A stretch of 49,342 nucleotides of DNA, counting the filler, from Jimgerdemannia flammicorona (taxonomy: Eukaryota), in the NCBI GenBank assembly GCA_003990765.1. It is 2 parts of 2 records of this genome, joined end to end, with 100 filler letters (N's around TTAATTAATTAA, not from the genome) between each part and the next. Parts side by side here need not be neighbours in the genome. Positions count along the whole stretch, not along the records: positions 24,723 to 49,342 come from RBNJ01000951.1; 1 more part is not named here. The stretch is one strand, 5' to 3'. The translations under genes and the position numbers were made by a program. Below the pieces are notes generated by a model, which was not told the DNA's origin, searched no databases, and saw nothing but the letters and a program-made list of their open reading frames with translations. This document shows, piece by piece, positions 37,551-49,342 of this stretch; position 1 is the first letter of the stretch; every line of letters begins with the position of its first letter.

Positions 37551-37896
37551 TAAAAACACTTGAAAATTTGATATAATTTGGTACAAAGCTTTATATACTA
37601 AATATGAATGGATTTACAAAATTATATTAAGTTTAAATATATATTTGTCAAGTTTTTTAGAGTGATAGCTTTTCTTCAATTCTCAATTTTTCCTGATATA
37701 TATATATGAAAAGTGAAGAATAGAACTTTATATTTTGGTATCTAAATAAAAAAAGGACTTCATAATTTTGTAGATAAATAACTAGAAAACAAAAGTATGA
37801 AGCAAGTTTGTTAATATTTTTTGTTGTTCTGAAGTTCTATTCTTTTAAAAATCTTTCAAAAAATTTATTGAGACTAGATGTTCAATACTGTATGAC

Positions 37897-40800
37897 TTTT
37901 TTTTTTTTTTTTATATAGTCTCTTAGACTTCTTCCTTTATTAATATATCTATTTATCCTATATATAATATATTGAGCTTACTCCTATCTGATCTCCCTAG
38001 AGGGACCTCTCTCCCCCCACACTCTCTTGATTAAAGACCACTAGGTCATTAATTACCTCCACCTACCCACTACTATGTTTACAAATCTCTTCCATCAGAT
38101 GGCAGTAATGCCTATCCTAGGGATCTTATCTAATTCACCACTCTGTCAGTATATCTCCCATCAACCCCTCTCATCTTAACAACCTCTTCTATAAACCCAG
38201 CTATTACCCCTCCTTAAAAATAAAGAGCCAATGTTCAGCCAGCCCTACCTATATAGCTAAAATCCACTCTACAGTAAGCCATTCATTACTCACCCCTCCC
38301 ACCAACCTAGTTTGCAAATCTTTCCAGCAATCTCTCCCCCCATCTGGTCTTCTCTTCACACTCAGCTAGTCTTCTACTATTATCCAAAAGTCTCCCAGAA
38401 CCTCACACTCTCCCAGCTAATGTTCTGGTATCTATATAAATCCCCCAACTTACTCTATATTATAGCACTCCTCACATTCCAGTAGACCACTATCTACCAG
38501 ATGCTCAGTATGAAAATTCAACATAATATTCCTCTGTAGCATCTGCTACTATACTATCCAGTACTTGGAAGGAAGTCATCTTTGTACCTCAGCACTTTAT
38601 ATCCAGACTCCTGTCTAATTCTACTCCTAATCAATCTTCACTGCTTACCAACTACTAGGCCAAAGATCCTGACTGAGTTCTTACTGATACTCTACTCTAT
38701 CATCAATATCAAACTCAATAAGTAGAGTACCCCCCAAAAGTAGTCTATCTCATCTCTATATAGCTGGTCCCCATAGTATCTCTTCTTTATTGCTATATCA
38801 GCACAAGCCTATATAGTGTACTCTATCTGCTATCCCTCACTAGAAGCCTTTATACCATAGCTAATAGCTTCCATCCAGGTCTATCAGAGATAACAAATCT
38901 CCTGAGAACTCTCTTAGAGAGAATCTCATCTTCTACACCTTCTGCATCAGTGATACGCATCTCTTTCCCCTCAGTTCCACAGCCTGCTTCAATCACTAAG
39001 CTCTCAGGCAGTACAGCCTCTTAGGAAAATTCACCAGTCCTAGCTCTCCTCAAACTACTGGCATTGAAAGGGTATCCCAACTAATCTGGGACCACCTCTC
39101 AGCCCAAATCCAATCCCTAGCCAGCTTCATCAGTCTCTTCACCACCCAAGCTAGAAAGTCCAAATAATAGATAATATACTACAGCTTAGAGAACTAGTAG
39201 ATATTCAGAATTGATACCCAGTCTGTCAGGGAGATATAGTGACCTCTCCAACCTCTAAGTACCTCTTCCCAGATGACCACCCTCCTCTCCCACCATACTC
39301 ATGACAAGACAGATCTATATACTGAAAGGAAGATGTCTAGTTATCTTACTGCTTCTCCTGCTGGGACAATTGTTCCAATGATATTCCCTCTCACTAATCC
39401 ATTTTCCAACACCATTGTCTCACACTTATACCAATTGAGTTTTGTTCCAGAGTATGCCTCATACTATTCTACTATCTCTTTAAGAGCCTTAACATCTATC
39501 ACTGATCCAAGTCCAACCACCATATCATCTGCAAAGGCTCTCACCTTCCACACTATACCATAAATAGTGAGCCTTACCACCTTCTACTAAATCCTATCCA
39601 TCAAAGGTTTTAATAAAAGGACATATAAAATAGAAGACAGTAGATCTCCCTGAGGAACTCTTCTCCCCAAGGAAAATGCCATACCTCAGTGACTATTACA
39701 CATCAGTGCTACCCTACTATTCTCTAATAGATTCAACTTAGAAGCTCGAAATAGTAGGGGAACTCCTATTCTGTTCAGTATCTTGCTTAGCCACATCTGC
39801 TGAACATAGTCATAGGTCTTCTCCTGGTCCAAAAAGACCAGTCTCCCATCCAATCTATTAGCCCATGCCCCTTCAATGATGCTATAGACCCAGGCTGTCC
39901 TATCACTGATAAGTCTGCCTCCAACAAAGCTCCACTACTTCTCACCCAATATCTGTTGGGAAATCTTCTGTAATCTGGCTATAATTACCTTAGTAACTAT
40001 CTTCCTATCCATATTCAGAAGCATAATCAGTCTCCAGTTCTTCCAATCCTCTCTCCTCTCCTTATCCTTATACAACAGGGCCACCAGCCCTAGGTTCTGC
40101 TCTCTCACCCACTGACCATTCAGAAGAACAAGATTACAGAGGGCTGTCATCTCTCCTAACACTCTAGAGACCCTCACAATCTTCTTCCAAAAGTTCCAAG
40201 ATAGTCCATCCTCTCCTGATGCTATTCTAAGCTTAGTTACCACAAGAATTCTCTAGATCTCCTCCTTTTGAATCAGTAGGATCAAATTCCCCAGGCTCTT
40301 TACCTATAGCAGCTCTCAATTCTCCAGAGTGTCTCCAATTGTCTCTATATTGGCACTCTCTTCCTCCTCACTCTACAGACCCCTCCACCACTCCTTCAGC
40401 AATCCCAAGATCTGTTGTATACCATATACTATTTTCCCCTCTGCATCAAGAACTCCATCTCATCAATATCATACTCTTTTTTCCTGGAGGAGTCTTGATA
40501 AGTATCTAGTAGGTCTCTCTCTCTCCTCAAGCCCCTGCTACCTCAACCTAGCTATCATTTCTTTTATATGCATCTTCTTCTTCTCTCTCAATACCTATTG
40601 TAACTCTATTACTTTTAGCTTAGCTCACACTAATCTCCAATCATCCATCTCTCCAGAATTTATCAAATCAGCCCATTCTATCTGTAATATAACTAACCTA
40701 TTAGAAGCACACCTTACTCTTTTCCTTCTCTGCCTCCCAGTATCCCTACTAGCTCCTCCCCAGTAAACCCTTGTAGTTTCTTTCAACTTCATCTACCAGA

Positions 40801-43776
40801 CATCTACTTGCAAGCCCTCATGTATCCAGCTTGTGATCTTTACCTGAATGTTCTCTACCCAAGAGTCCAACAATACCTTCTCAGCCAGTAGAGAGAAGTT
40901 AAAGTACTAATATCCAGATTTATCTCCACTCTCCCCAAACTGCCTCTGCCCTAATAATCTCCAGTGATCTAACTATAAACACCACTCTACTTCTAAAGTC
41001 CTCCAAACATCCATGTCTCAGCATTTGGCTGTCAGTATCCAGTCAATCCTTATATCTAAGCCATTCACCCAGTGTATATAAATTCTCTTTTCTCCTACTG
41101 TATTCTGCCTATATCCCCTAAGGAGCTAAGATTCTCTACCTCCTCTCATATATTCAGACTGCCACTCCTTCTACCAGCACTTCTCTCTCTATCAGTTCTA
41201 TCTAACTGAAGATTCTGTACTATATTGAAGTCACCTCTCAGAACATTCATCCTATTCTCTAAGAATGTATCTTCCTCTAAAAGACTCTTAATTCATATAA
41301 TCTGCTCATCTCTAGTCACAGAGTAGTAGTAAGAGCCAACTCTCACTGGCTCTCACTCTGGTTGATACCATTTTCCCCTATACCAAACAGTCTTTCCAGC
41401 TCCTGACTCCACTCAAATTCCCTTTACCCCTCTATACCAAAATCACCACTTTGCCAATCTAAGCTATAGCTCCCCCCTATTCTCTAGTCCACTCTACTTG
41501 ATCTATATCATCCTTGCAATATACATCCTACAGCAGAAAGAGATCAGCCTCCAATCTCTTAAGCCAAGTGAAAATATTCTTATACTACCCAGATCTCCAT
41601 AATCTATTTATATTCAGAGAAAAAATATTAGTTATACTGTTCATTGAGAATAATATTTAGAAGTACAGTCTCTTTACAACTCAGTCCTCCTCTCTTCCCT
41701 TGCTAGATCCATTCCTTGCTTTTCAGTAGACTCTCCCCTTATAAGCTTATTTACTTCTAATCCAGCCAAAAGGTCAGTCAGTTCTACATCCTTCTTCTCT
41801 TCCATTGTATCTCTATACTCCTGGTATATACTCTGCCAGAGTTGAAGTTCTCTCCTCTGTTTCTATCAGAATGCAGCCTATTCTCCTATAGCTACTATCA
41901 ACTCTTTCTCTCTTGCCTTATCAATCTTATATCTCTCCTTTTCTATGAAGATTGCCAATACCTCAACCTTGAGAGCCTCTATCACACTATTGCCCCAAAG
42001 TACTCTTTCTCAATACTCCTCACTGACAACTCTCAAGTCCATCTCATCTAACTCCTCTGCTACCAAGTTGTACATAATGTGATACATCTACCATAGGTCT
42101 CCAACATCTTTTCCTCTAGAAGTATCTGGCCTTCTCATACCCAGCATAGAGGTATTAATCTCTATACTAGCAGTTTCTTCTCACTTGCCATCAGAGACAT
42201 CCACTACTTATTCTTCTGAGATTCTACTATCCATCCTTTTATTGCTATATTGGGGACCCCAAATCTGACCCTATGTATATTCTTTATCTCAACATTCTCA
42301 CTACCTTGTATCTTTCCAGGACCAGCTGGTATCTTACTATCCTCATCATTCTCAAAGATCTCTAGCATACTATCATTATACATATCTGATCCCTAGCTCT
42401 CCTTACTGTCTATATATCTATCTTCTTCAGTTTCTTACTTCTACTAGCCCAGTTACTTGCCTTCATCCTCTCTATCACCCCTGCTTCACTCAATATCTTA
42501 ACAGTACTTTTCTTTATACTAGCCAATAGCTCTCTCTCTACTTCATCTCTTGGGCCCTCTCCCACTATCTCTTATCTATCTGGACATTTTTCCCCTCTAT
42601 TACCTCTAGATATATCAAATCTATATAGGCCTTCCAAGCTTTTACCTGATATTTCACTGCTTCTCCAAGTTTCTCTAATACTTTTGAAAGGTTCTTCTTC
42701 TCCTCCTTACTCCTCTTCATCCTCAAATCTTATAGATAAAAGTTCCCCACAGTATTACCAAAGACTAGTCACTCATCTTCCCAGTGGCCTCTTTTCCAGC
42801 CAGCTAAATCCTGATATCAACATCTCTAGTTCTAAAAGTAGTCTCCTCCTATATCTGGAATCTAATATCTACCACATTATCATACTCTGCCATTACCTCT
42901 TCAAACCTCCTCCTAGTCTCCATGCTCATCACTATAGGCACCCTCTTCACCAGTAGCTAAACCACTCTGGGGTCCCACCTCAAGCACTGCACTATGGAGA
43001 CCACTACCTCTCCTATAGTCACTCTAGTCTTCAATGCTTTCTCCAGTAGGCCTGCTTTCTCAAAACCCACTTCCACTCTCTCCAATTCCTTCAGGAACTT
43101 CACTGAGATAGCTCCTACCACTTGCTTTGAGATAATCCCCAGGACCATCCTTGCTGTCACCACCAGGTCTCAGAAGCACAAGGTCATAGCAAACTTTGAG
43201 GTCAATTTCTTAAGTAATGGTACCACTGTCAGCCCTGTTACACCATTGGCCAGGTCTCTCTTCCTCTTTGGTCCCAACAGTCTGGCTCTACTATCAACCA
43301 TCATATCTGGATTTTTTTCCAGATTCCCAGTCATACCACTATCAGCAGTCTCTCCCCTACTTCTAGCTACCACTCCACCAGCCCTTCCACTCACTGGCTG
43401 AGGTACTGCCCCTCCTGCTTCTCCTTCCCTCTACTTTCTCTTCCCCTCTGCCTAACTACTATGAGATCCAACAGGCCATCCTCCATCCTTCAGCATATCT
43501 GCAAAGCTCCTCCCCTTCTGCCCTCCTGCTCCTCCCCCAGTGCTGCTACTACTACCTAAACTGCCCTGCCCACTTGGACCTCTGAAAGACCCCATCTCTA
43601 ATCCATACTCTCATCTAATATATTGCCAGTCAAAGGCTCCAGGTCCACCCAACCTAGTACACATGTCAGCTTGCTTGTTGGTTGCCATGACCTTAGTACC
43701 TTTCTCCAATAAATGCTTTGAAAGTGTGTTGTAAAAGTGTGTGTAATGTGAATGGTAACTGAGAAAGGTTGCTGGC
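37897..43776 (-). mobile_element. Full-length decayed L1/Tx1-like LINE (ORF1 ~43600-41660, ORF2 41643-~38000, poly(A))
   Basis: Poly(T) from 37897; TSD ACTGTATGAC at 37887-37896 and 43777-43786; MNSITNIFSLN start; NWRLIMLLNMDRKI, QGDLLS and FADD. Confidence 0.93.
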
Positions 43777-43866
43777 ACTGTATGACCACCAGACAGTCTC
43801 TCCGCTCACCGTGACGTGTTCATCTTCTCTCTCAGCCACCCCCTTGATACACAAAACAACACAACC

Positions 43867-45303
43867 ATGTCCAACCAGTTTAGAAGCGGTTTCAGCCTGA
43901 AGGACGATATCGCCGTCGTCTGGACCAACCCCACCTTCCACGACGTGACCATCGTCTGCGCGGACGGTGTTAAGCTTGGCGCCTGCCGTGTTGTCCTCGC
44001 GGCGCGGTCTGACTTCTTTATGGCAATGTTTTTTGGAGGCATGCACGAGTCCGCCTCGAAGGAGATCGCTCTGCGCGACATCGATTCGGAGGCCATGAAA
44101 ATTGTCCTTGAGTACATCCACACAGAGGCTATCGGTTCGGCTGCTCCCTTGAACGCGCTCGACGTGTATCGTGCGGCGAGCTTCCTTCAACTTCCCAAAC
44201 TCGTAGATATGGCACTGGAGCTGGCCAATGAAGTTGAAGTCAAAGTAGCTGTGCCGCTACTCAACAAGGCCATTGCGTTCGTACCCTACAGCGAAATCAG
44301 TAAAGAACTTTATGACGTACTTTTCAAAGCTTTTTGCAATCATCGCCTCGAGATAGGCGATCTCAATGACCTTACCGACGAAGCTCTGGAGCTAATACTC
44401 ACACGACCCAAGGCGACAGTCTTCAATACACCCGAGTATGATCTGCTGCTTTGCGTCGTCGAATGGGCATGGGATCGTGACGGGGACGCCCCATCTATAA
44501 CCGAACGTCACGCGGTCTTCGACATCCTAAGCGACTTATCGGACTTCGACATCAAAATTGTCATAGGGAATGACCCTTCGCGCGCAGCTTTGGTGAAAAT
44601 GTTGCAGCATATTGATTTCACGCTCATATGCCCTCACCGCTTGAACTATCTCAACGAGGCCATTGACGTGCTCACCGATAATTCACCCCACTACAACTCG
44701 GCTCTTTATCATGCCTGCAGGAACACTAGATGTTCTTCTGGCCACCCATCAAAGTACCGCGGTCATTCTGAATGGTGTCCCCAATGGGACCGATCTAAAT
44801 TAGCGTCCGTCAGGATCGTTGTTTCGGAGGGCGACACGGTCATAAGTTTGCCCAGTGCAATTTCGGGTGCGGCACAGATAACGGCGCGGACGGCGCGAGC
44901 CTCCAGCGTATGCCTCGCGGATGCTAATGGAATCTGCGAGTGGGATGTCGTCGTTGAAGCGTTTGGCGGACGCGGGATCCAAGTGGGATTGGTCAATGAA
45001 TCATTCGATACGTTCCAACAGGCTATGTCTCATGGAATGACCGCAACGGCGTGGATTTTCCAATCTAATATCGAAGGGGGAAACATCATTCTGCCATCGG
45101 TGGAGAAGAGCGCTGTTCCCTATGGCACCGGCGTTGGCAATGGCGATGCCATAACGTTTCATTTGGACATGAAAATGCATAATTGCTCACTCTCAATCAA
45201 TGGAAGGAACTATGGTGTCATCTGGGATAATCTTCCAGATATTGTATATCCTGCTGTATCATTGTTTTATGGAACTAGATACCGATTTAGAGCTCGATCT
45301 TAG
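43867..45303 (+). CDS. BTB/POZ + C-terminal SPRY/B30.2-like protein (putative Cullin-3 adaptor), 478 aa, intronless
   Basis: FHDVTIVC..ACRVVLAARSDFFMAMFFGGMHES..EI.L (BTB); WDVVVE, VGL, GDAITFHLDM, SING, YPAVSL (SPRY); intact CpG-rich ORF; first ATG at 43867. Confidence 0.9.
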   Translation: MSNQFRSGFSLKDDIAVVWTNPTFHDVTIVCADGVKLGACRVVLAARSDFFMAMFFGGMHESASKEIALRDIDSEAMKIVLEYIHTEAIGSAAPLNALDVYRAASFLQLPKLVDMALELANEVEVKVAVPLLNKAIAFVPYSEISKELYDVLFKAFCNHRLEIGDLNDLTDEALELILTRPKATVFNTPEYDLLLCVVEWAWDRDGDAPSITERHAVFDILSDLSDFDIKIVIGNDPSRAALVKMLQHIDFTLICPHRLNYLNEAIDVLTDNSPHYNSALYHACRNTRCSSGHPSKYRGHSEWCPQWDRSKLASVRIVVSEGDTVISLPSAISGAAQITARTARASSVCLADANGICEWDVVVEAFGGRGIQVGLVNESFDTFQQAMSHGMTATAWIFQSNIEGGNIILPSVEKSAVPYGTGVGNGDAITFHLDMKMHNCSLSINGRNYGVIWDNLPDIVYPAVSLFYGTRYRFRARS

Positions 45304-46924
45304 ATATTCTACACAAAAGTTTGTATAAATAAGTTCATCCTTTCCAAAGAATTACAATTTCCACTGATACATGGTTAAGATATTATCACACATTACACTC
45401 TTATGAAAATTTGTAAACATCAAATGCATATTTCCCATTCTATAAATATTTATAAAGGGACATCGTTCTTCTGCACATCATGACATATTTCTATTTCTAT
45501 GCTCGGACGGCCATATTCTCTGGCAAATGTTTGGCACAGAAAGCCTGTGAGCTAAAAAAAAAAAACATTATAACCTCCAAAATTCGTTCGGGGTATGGTT
45601 TTTGTCATAGGAATTCGGGTGGCTGAGAGATGCCAGATGGTTGCCATACTTTTTTAAAGAAGCTCAATGAAAGTACCATCGACTAGATATTTTATATAAC
45701 GGTTACAAAGGCACTGGACCGGAAAAGGTACCTAAGCGATAGGGACCATTAGCCATTATAAACAAAAATGAACCAACTATTGCATGGATATCAACCCAAG
45801 GCGTTCTGGAAAACTTATTCAAAATACTCCGAGGTGCCCGATAATTGCACCGTTTACGCGAACGTGATTAGATCAATATATTTTCTGTTGCATTGCTCAT
45901 AAATCTTGGTGGAGGACGCCTATGATTTTTTAAACAGCTATTGGCCTTTAGGTTAACAGACTAAATTATCTAGTGCTAAGCTTTGGCCAAAGTGAATTGG
46001 CGTGCGTGAAGCACGATTTCTCGTACAATCGTTAGGATAAGTCGGCGCTTCGGCGTGGTAGTCCCATTACTCTAGATATCAAAAAATTGACCAGAGTATA
46101 AACCTCACCAATCTCTAAAAGAATCCCTTTTCTGACATCCATCATCTCTAGATCTCCCTCGCTGTCATCCTCCTCGGCTTTGCTATTGACATTATCCTGA
46201 TTATTCTTGCCATCCTCTTCAACATCATCCTCTGCCATTCCCGCGGCAACACCTCCACTGACACAAATACGTGCGCCCTCAGCACCTCGGCGACGACCCC
46301 TTTCTCCACGTCCTTGTTCGCAAGCCGTAATCTAAACCATCTCAAAACTGTGCGCTCCTACCCCACCATCATCACAAACATTATCTGTTCTCCACTGCAA
46401 GGTGGACGAAGCGCTACCATGCGGGCTGGACAATAAATCAATAAATGGAGTGTGTGCGATGTTGTCCAAGAAAGAATCGTAAAGGAGTGACGGCACCAGC
46501 TGACGACGTCGGCGGCAAGCATAACTTTTTTGAAAATAAATGCGATGCCATCTTCTCGTTGTGTTTTTGGATTGCTTTGATTTTATTTTGCGTTCAGGAT
46601 CCGTGAGAAGAGAATGTCGGGATGGAACAGTCATAAACTGGTATTCGGTGGGCTGTATACGTTCTCATCACTAAGGACATTTATACATAACCTAGGACAA
46701 AGCCGAACAACACCATTACATTACCTTAGAACTAGAACGGAGGAACAATTGAACGTCTTACAATAAACTCAATATTTTGCAATTAAGTATACCCTCAATC
46801 TATGGACTGAGCCTGAGGCATGATAATTCAATCCAACACCGTCAAACACCGTATCACCCATGTATCCCCCACCCCACAATGCACGCCACCCACTTTCCAC
46901 ACCACCAACCCAACTCCTGCCACC

Positions 46925-49012
46925 TCACGGCCATGAATCATAATATCCCAACACAAGCCAATACCCACACACAGCGACTACGATGACGGGTGCCTCATAC
47001 CAAGCAGCCAACAGCAACGTCCAAACCGAGAGCCAGTACACGTCTCCCCACACGGGCCCGCCAGTGCTCCAAGGAAACTTCTCGTGGCGCACGTGACAGC
47101 GTTGGACCTCCGGCTCTCGCGCCATATTGCGGCACCAGATCCGTCCTCTCAAGAAATCCGGCCAGGTCTTGCGGTTGTTATCGACGAGAGTTCCGGACGA
47201 GAGTTCATTCACGTCCACGTCCACGTCCGCGCCTACGTCCACATCTTCGTCCACGTCCATGTCCGCTCCAATGTCCGTGTCCGCTCCAATGTCCATGTCC
47301 GCTCCATTGTCCACGTCCACTTTAACATTCTCGTCCATGTCCACGTCCGCTCCCTCTTCCACGTCCACATCCTGGTCCACATTCTCGTCCGCGTCCACGT
47401 CCACGTCCACCGGGACCTCGACGACTGACATGATGGGGGCGCGCGTATGATGCTCAAAGACCGCGGCGTCGTAATTGTCTTCGGTATATTCGAGCCATTG
47501 CCAGGCAGAGGCGACGGGGTCTTTACCTTCGTTGTAGCTCTCACCATAGTTATCGCTATAGTACTCGCTGTCGTCCTCGTAGTCATTTTCGCTGGCTTTC
47601 TCGCCCTCATCTTCGCTAAATTCCTCCTCTATAGCATTTTCCGGATTGCCCTCCCCCTCCTCCGTTGCCACACCATCCGCGCAAATACGACCGCGACCTC
47701 TCCGGCGCCAAGCACACCCCCCCTCGCTGCATTTAAACTTGCGCCTCCTCAACAAGCGCCACAACCACTCGGATATTACAAATTCTGGGTTTCCAAATCC
47801 GTACGGACACCACACCTCCCGTAGCATTGGACAAGCCTCCAGCACGGCCTCGATAAACGACGGGCGAATCCCTGAGCATCCGCGCAGGCGTAATTGACGA
47901 AGGCGTGGCCATCGCAGGTCTCCGGGCCTAATATCCTTGCCCGTCAGCCCATGACAAGCGTCGAGCTCAAGGTACTTGAGCCTAGTGGCGTTCCGTCCGA
48001 GCACACAAAGGAACGAGTCCATGATCTTCTGGTTCCGCACGATGACCACGCGCTCAATGTGGCGACATCGTCCGGCCAAGAAGCATAGGGACGCGTTCGA
48101 GGCCTGAATGGTATGCAAATTCGGCGCATCGTACTGGCGGGTGCATGACTCGGACTCGAGCGTGTCGAGCGTGAGGCTCCTGAGGCGGCGGCAGGAGATA
48201 CCGAGCTGGACGACGACGGATTCGAGGCCTGGTGCGGGGTGAAGATGAGATTGCATAATGGAGAAGGATTCGAGATTCGGCCACGAGGGAAGGACGGTGA
48301 TAATGCGGGGATCGCCCGGATAATGTTCGTAGTGGGCCATGTTTGGGCAGGCGGCGAGGGCGTCGAAGACGTCGGGAGTGAGCTGGAGGCGTTGTGCGGA
48401 GATGGAGTGCAGAGTCGGGGAGAGTATACGGATGAGGAGGTCGAGATGGTTGTGTGTCGTGTCGGGGGCTGTTGAGTAGAGTGTGTGGAAGCCTAGGTGG
48501 GTGACGGTGGAGCAGAAGGGTTCAATGCGGAAGTAGAAGGAGATGACGTGATCTGTGATGGGGGGTTCCCAGTGAGCGGGCTCGTGGATCCGGATGGCTT
48601 GGAGGTTTCGAGAGATGGCGAAGAGGTCGACAAGGAGGTCGGCGGTTTTAGTGTCGCGCGATTCCAATGATGACGGAGAGCGTTTGAGAATGCTCTTGGG
48701 GGGTCTTTGGATCGATGCGAAACGGCGCAGTTGTTGGAGATCGATGGTGATGAAATCAATGTGGTCGCCATGGTGGAGGCGGAGGTCGCGCGAAGTTTGT
48801 AACAGGCGCACAAATCTTTCCAAATGTCCAAGGTCGTAGGAGTAAGAGGAAAGGGGGTCCACGAACAAATGTTGGAGGAAGGGTTCTGCGGTGGTTTGCC
48901 ACTCGTGGCAGACAAGGGAGGCGGCGAGGATGTCGAGAGGCGGCGGAGGGGGGTCCCAAAGAGCGACTGGAAGGAGGTAGTTAAAAACGGTTATAAGGAT
49001 GTTTGGAGGCAT
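46925..49012 (-). CDS. F-box/LRR (RNI-like) protein with acidic repeat region and hydrophobic C-terminus; start uncertain (ORF open to 49147)
   Basis: MPPNILITVFNYL..ASLVCHEWQ (F-box); Cys-containing LRRs (LKYLELDACHGLT, LRQLRLRGCSGI, CPML). Confidence 0.85.
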   Translation of the reverse strand: MPPNILITVFNYLLPVALWDPPPPPLDILAASLVCHEWQTTAEPFLQHLFVDPLSSYSYDLGHLERFVRLLQTSRDLRLHHGDHIDFITIDLQQLRRFASIQRPPKSILKRSPSSLESRDTKTADLLVDLFAISRNLQAIRIHEPAHWEPPITDHVISFYFRIEPFCSTVTHLGFHTLYSTAPDTTHNHLDLLIRILSPTLHSISAQRLQLTPDVFDALAACPNMAHYEHYPGDPRIITVLPSWPNLESFSIMQSHLHPAPGLESVVVQLGISCRRLRSLTLDTLESESCTRQYDAPNLHTIQASNASLCFLAGRCRHIERVVIVRNQKIMDSFLCVLGRNATRLKYLELDACHGLTGKDIRPGDLRWPRLRQLRLRGCSGIRPSFIEAVLEACPMLREVWCPYGFGNPEFVISEWLWRLLRRRKFKCSEGGCAWRRRGRGRICADGVATEEGEGNPENAIEEEFSEDEGEKASENDYEDDSEYYSDNYGESYNEGKDPVASAWQWLEYTEDNYDAAVFEHHTRAPIMSVVEVPVDVDVDADENVDQDVDVEEGADVDMDENVKVDVDNGADMDIGADTDIGADMDVDEDVDVGADVDVDVNELSSGTLVDNNRKTWPDFLRGRIWCRNMAREPEVQRCHVRHEKFPWSTGGPVWGDVYWLSVWTLLLAAWYEAPVIVVAVCGYWLVLGYYDSWP
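47210..47410 (-). repeat. 18-bp coding repeats giving hexapeptides (GADMDI/GADVDV/DEDVDV)
   Basis: Repeated tccacgtccacg / gtccgctccaat units; seen in the translation. Confidence 0.85.
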
Positions 49013-49342
49013 GAATGGCAAGGCAGATAGGAAGGAGAAAGGGAATAAAGGAGAAAAGGACAGGCTGATTCCATTATAAGAGTCATTATGACGTAATGCC
49101 CACATTATGCCGTAAGGTCGGCTCTCTGCATGAGCGCCTAACGCCACTAATTAATTAAGCATCATGAAACACCCAAATTTTTTCTGCACTGTCAGGACTC
49201 TCGCTCAAGGACAGCTGGCAAGGATTAAAGTAGGGAGATTAAGGTAGGTAAAGCGCCAGGTAGGCTTACAAGGGTCGGCGGACGCTATACAAGTACAACT
49301 GGTAAGGACCAAGGTAGGTGGGTTAAGGTAGGTAGAAAAAAA

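Larger units (their letters stand above)
32455..37696 (+). mobile_element. Decayed IS630/Tc1/mariner-related DDE DNA transposon (transposase remnants ~33100-34110 and ~35440-36420); boundaries approximate
   Basis: KHPK, TASRWL..LG, FYSND, GKN, IFDN and [20 protein letters not shown] (36143-36202); patchy inverted similarity at the ends. Confidence 0.75.

Noticed and set aside
36417..37576. Long hydrophobic ORFs (368, 201, 128 aa) resembling membrane proteins
   Set aside because: All three frames are open only because the T/C-rich minisatellite rarely forms stop codons
46990..49030. Many short ORFs overlapping the F-box gene
   Set aside because: Expected shadow ORFs in GC-rich coding DNA
49240..49335. 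Repeated AAGGTAGGT motif upstream of the F-box gene
   Set aside because: Three or four short copies at the window edge; too little context to call a regulatory site

Overview
Eukaryotic, probably fungal, genomic DNA (early-diverging/Mucoromycota-like is my inference only). About 43.8 kb is a nested graveyard of C->T-decayed transposons, and the last 5.5 kb is CpG-rich host DNA. The window holds three copies of one Ty3/Gypsy chromovirus-like family ('A'): A1 (<1-5067, minus, least decayed), A2 (11107-21493, minus, full length, GTAGT target-site duplication [TSD]) and A3 (26377-32396, plus, internally deleted). It also holds an older Gypsy ('B', 9541-~24622), three L1/Tx1-like LINE copies, a hAT-type MITE, a decayed Tc1/mariner-like DNA transposon with large minisatellites, an asymmetric inverted repeat, a linker-containing assembly gap, and two host genes (BTB-SPRY and F-box/LRR). 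The most notable system is family A. It has a single gag-dUTPase-PR-RT-RH-IN-chromodomain frame with a long Met-free N-terminal extension. Its ~2 kb LTRs carry a ~370-aa acidic ORF with two PPxY motifs in U3, and in copy A3 that ORF is replaced by a different cassette sharing the same C-terminal codons. All calls were made by eye from the sequence and ORF track; no searches were run.
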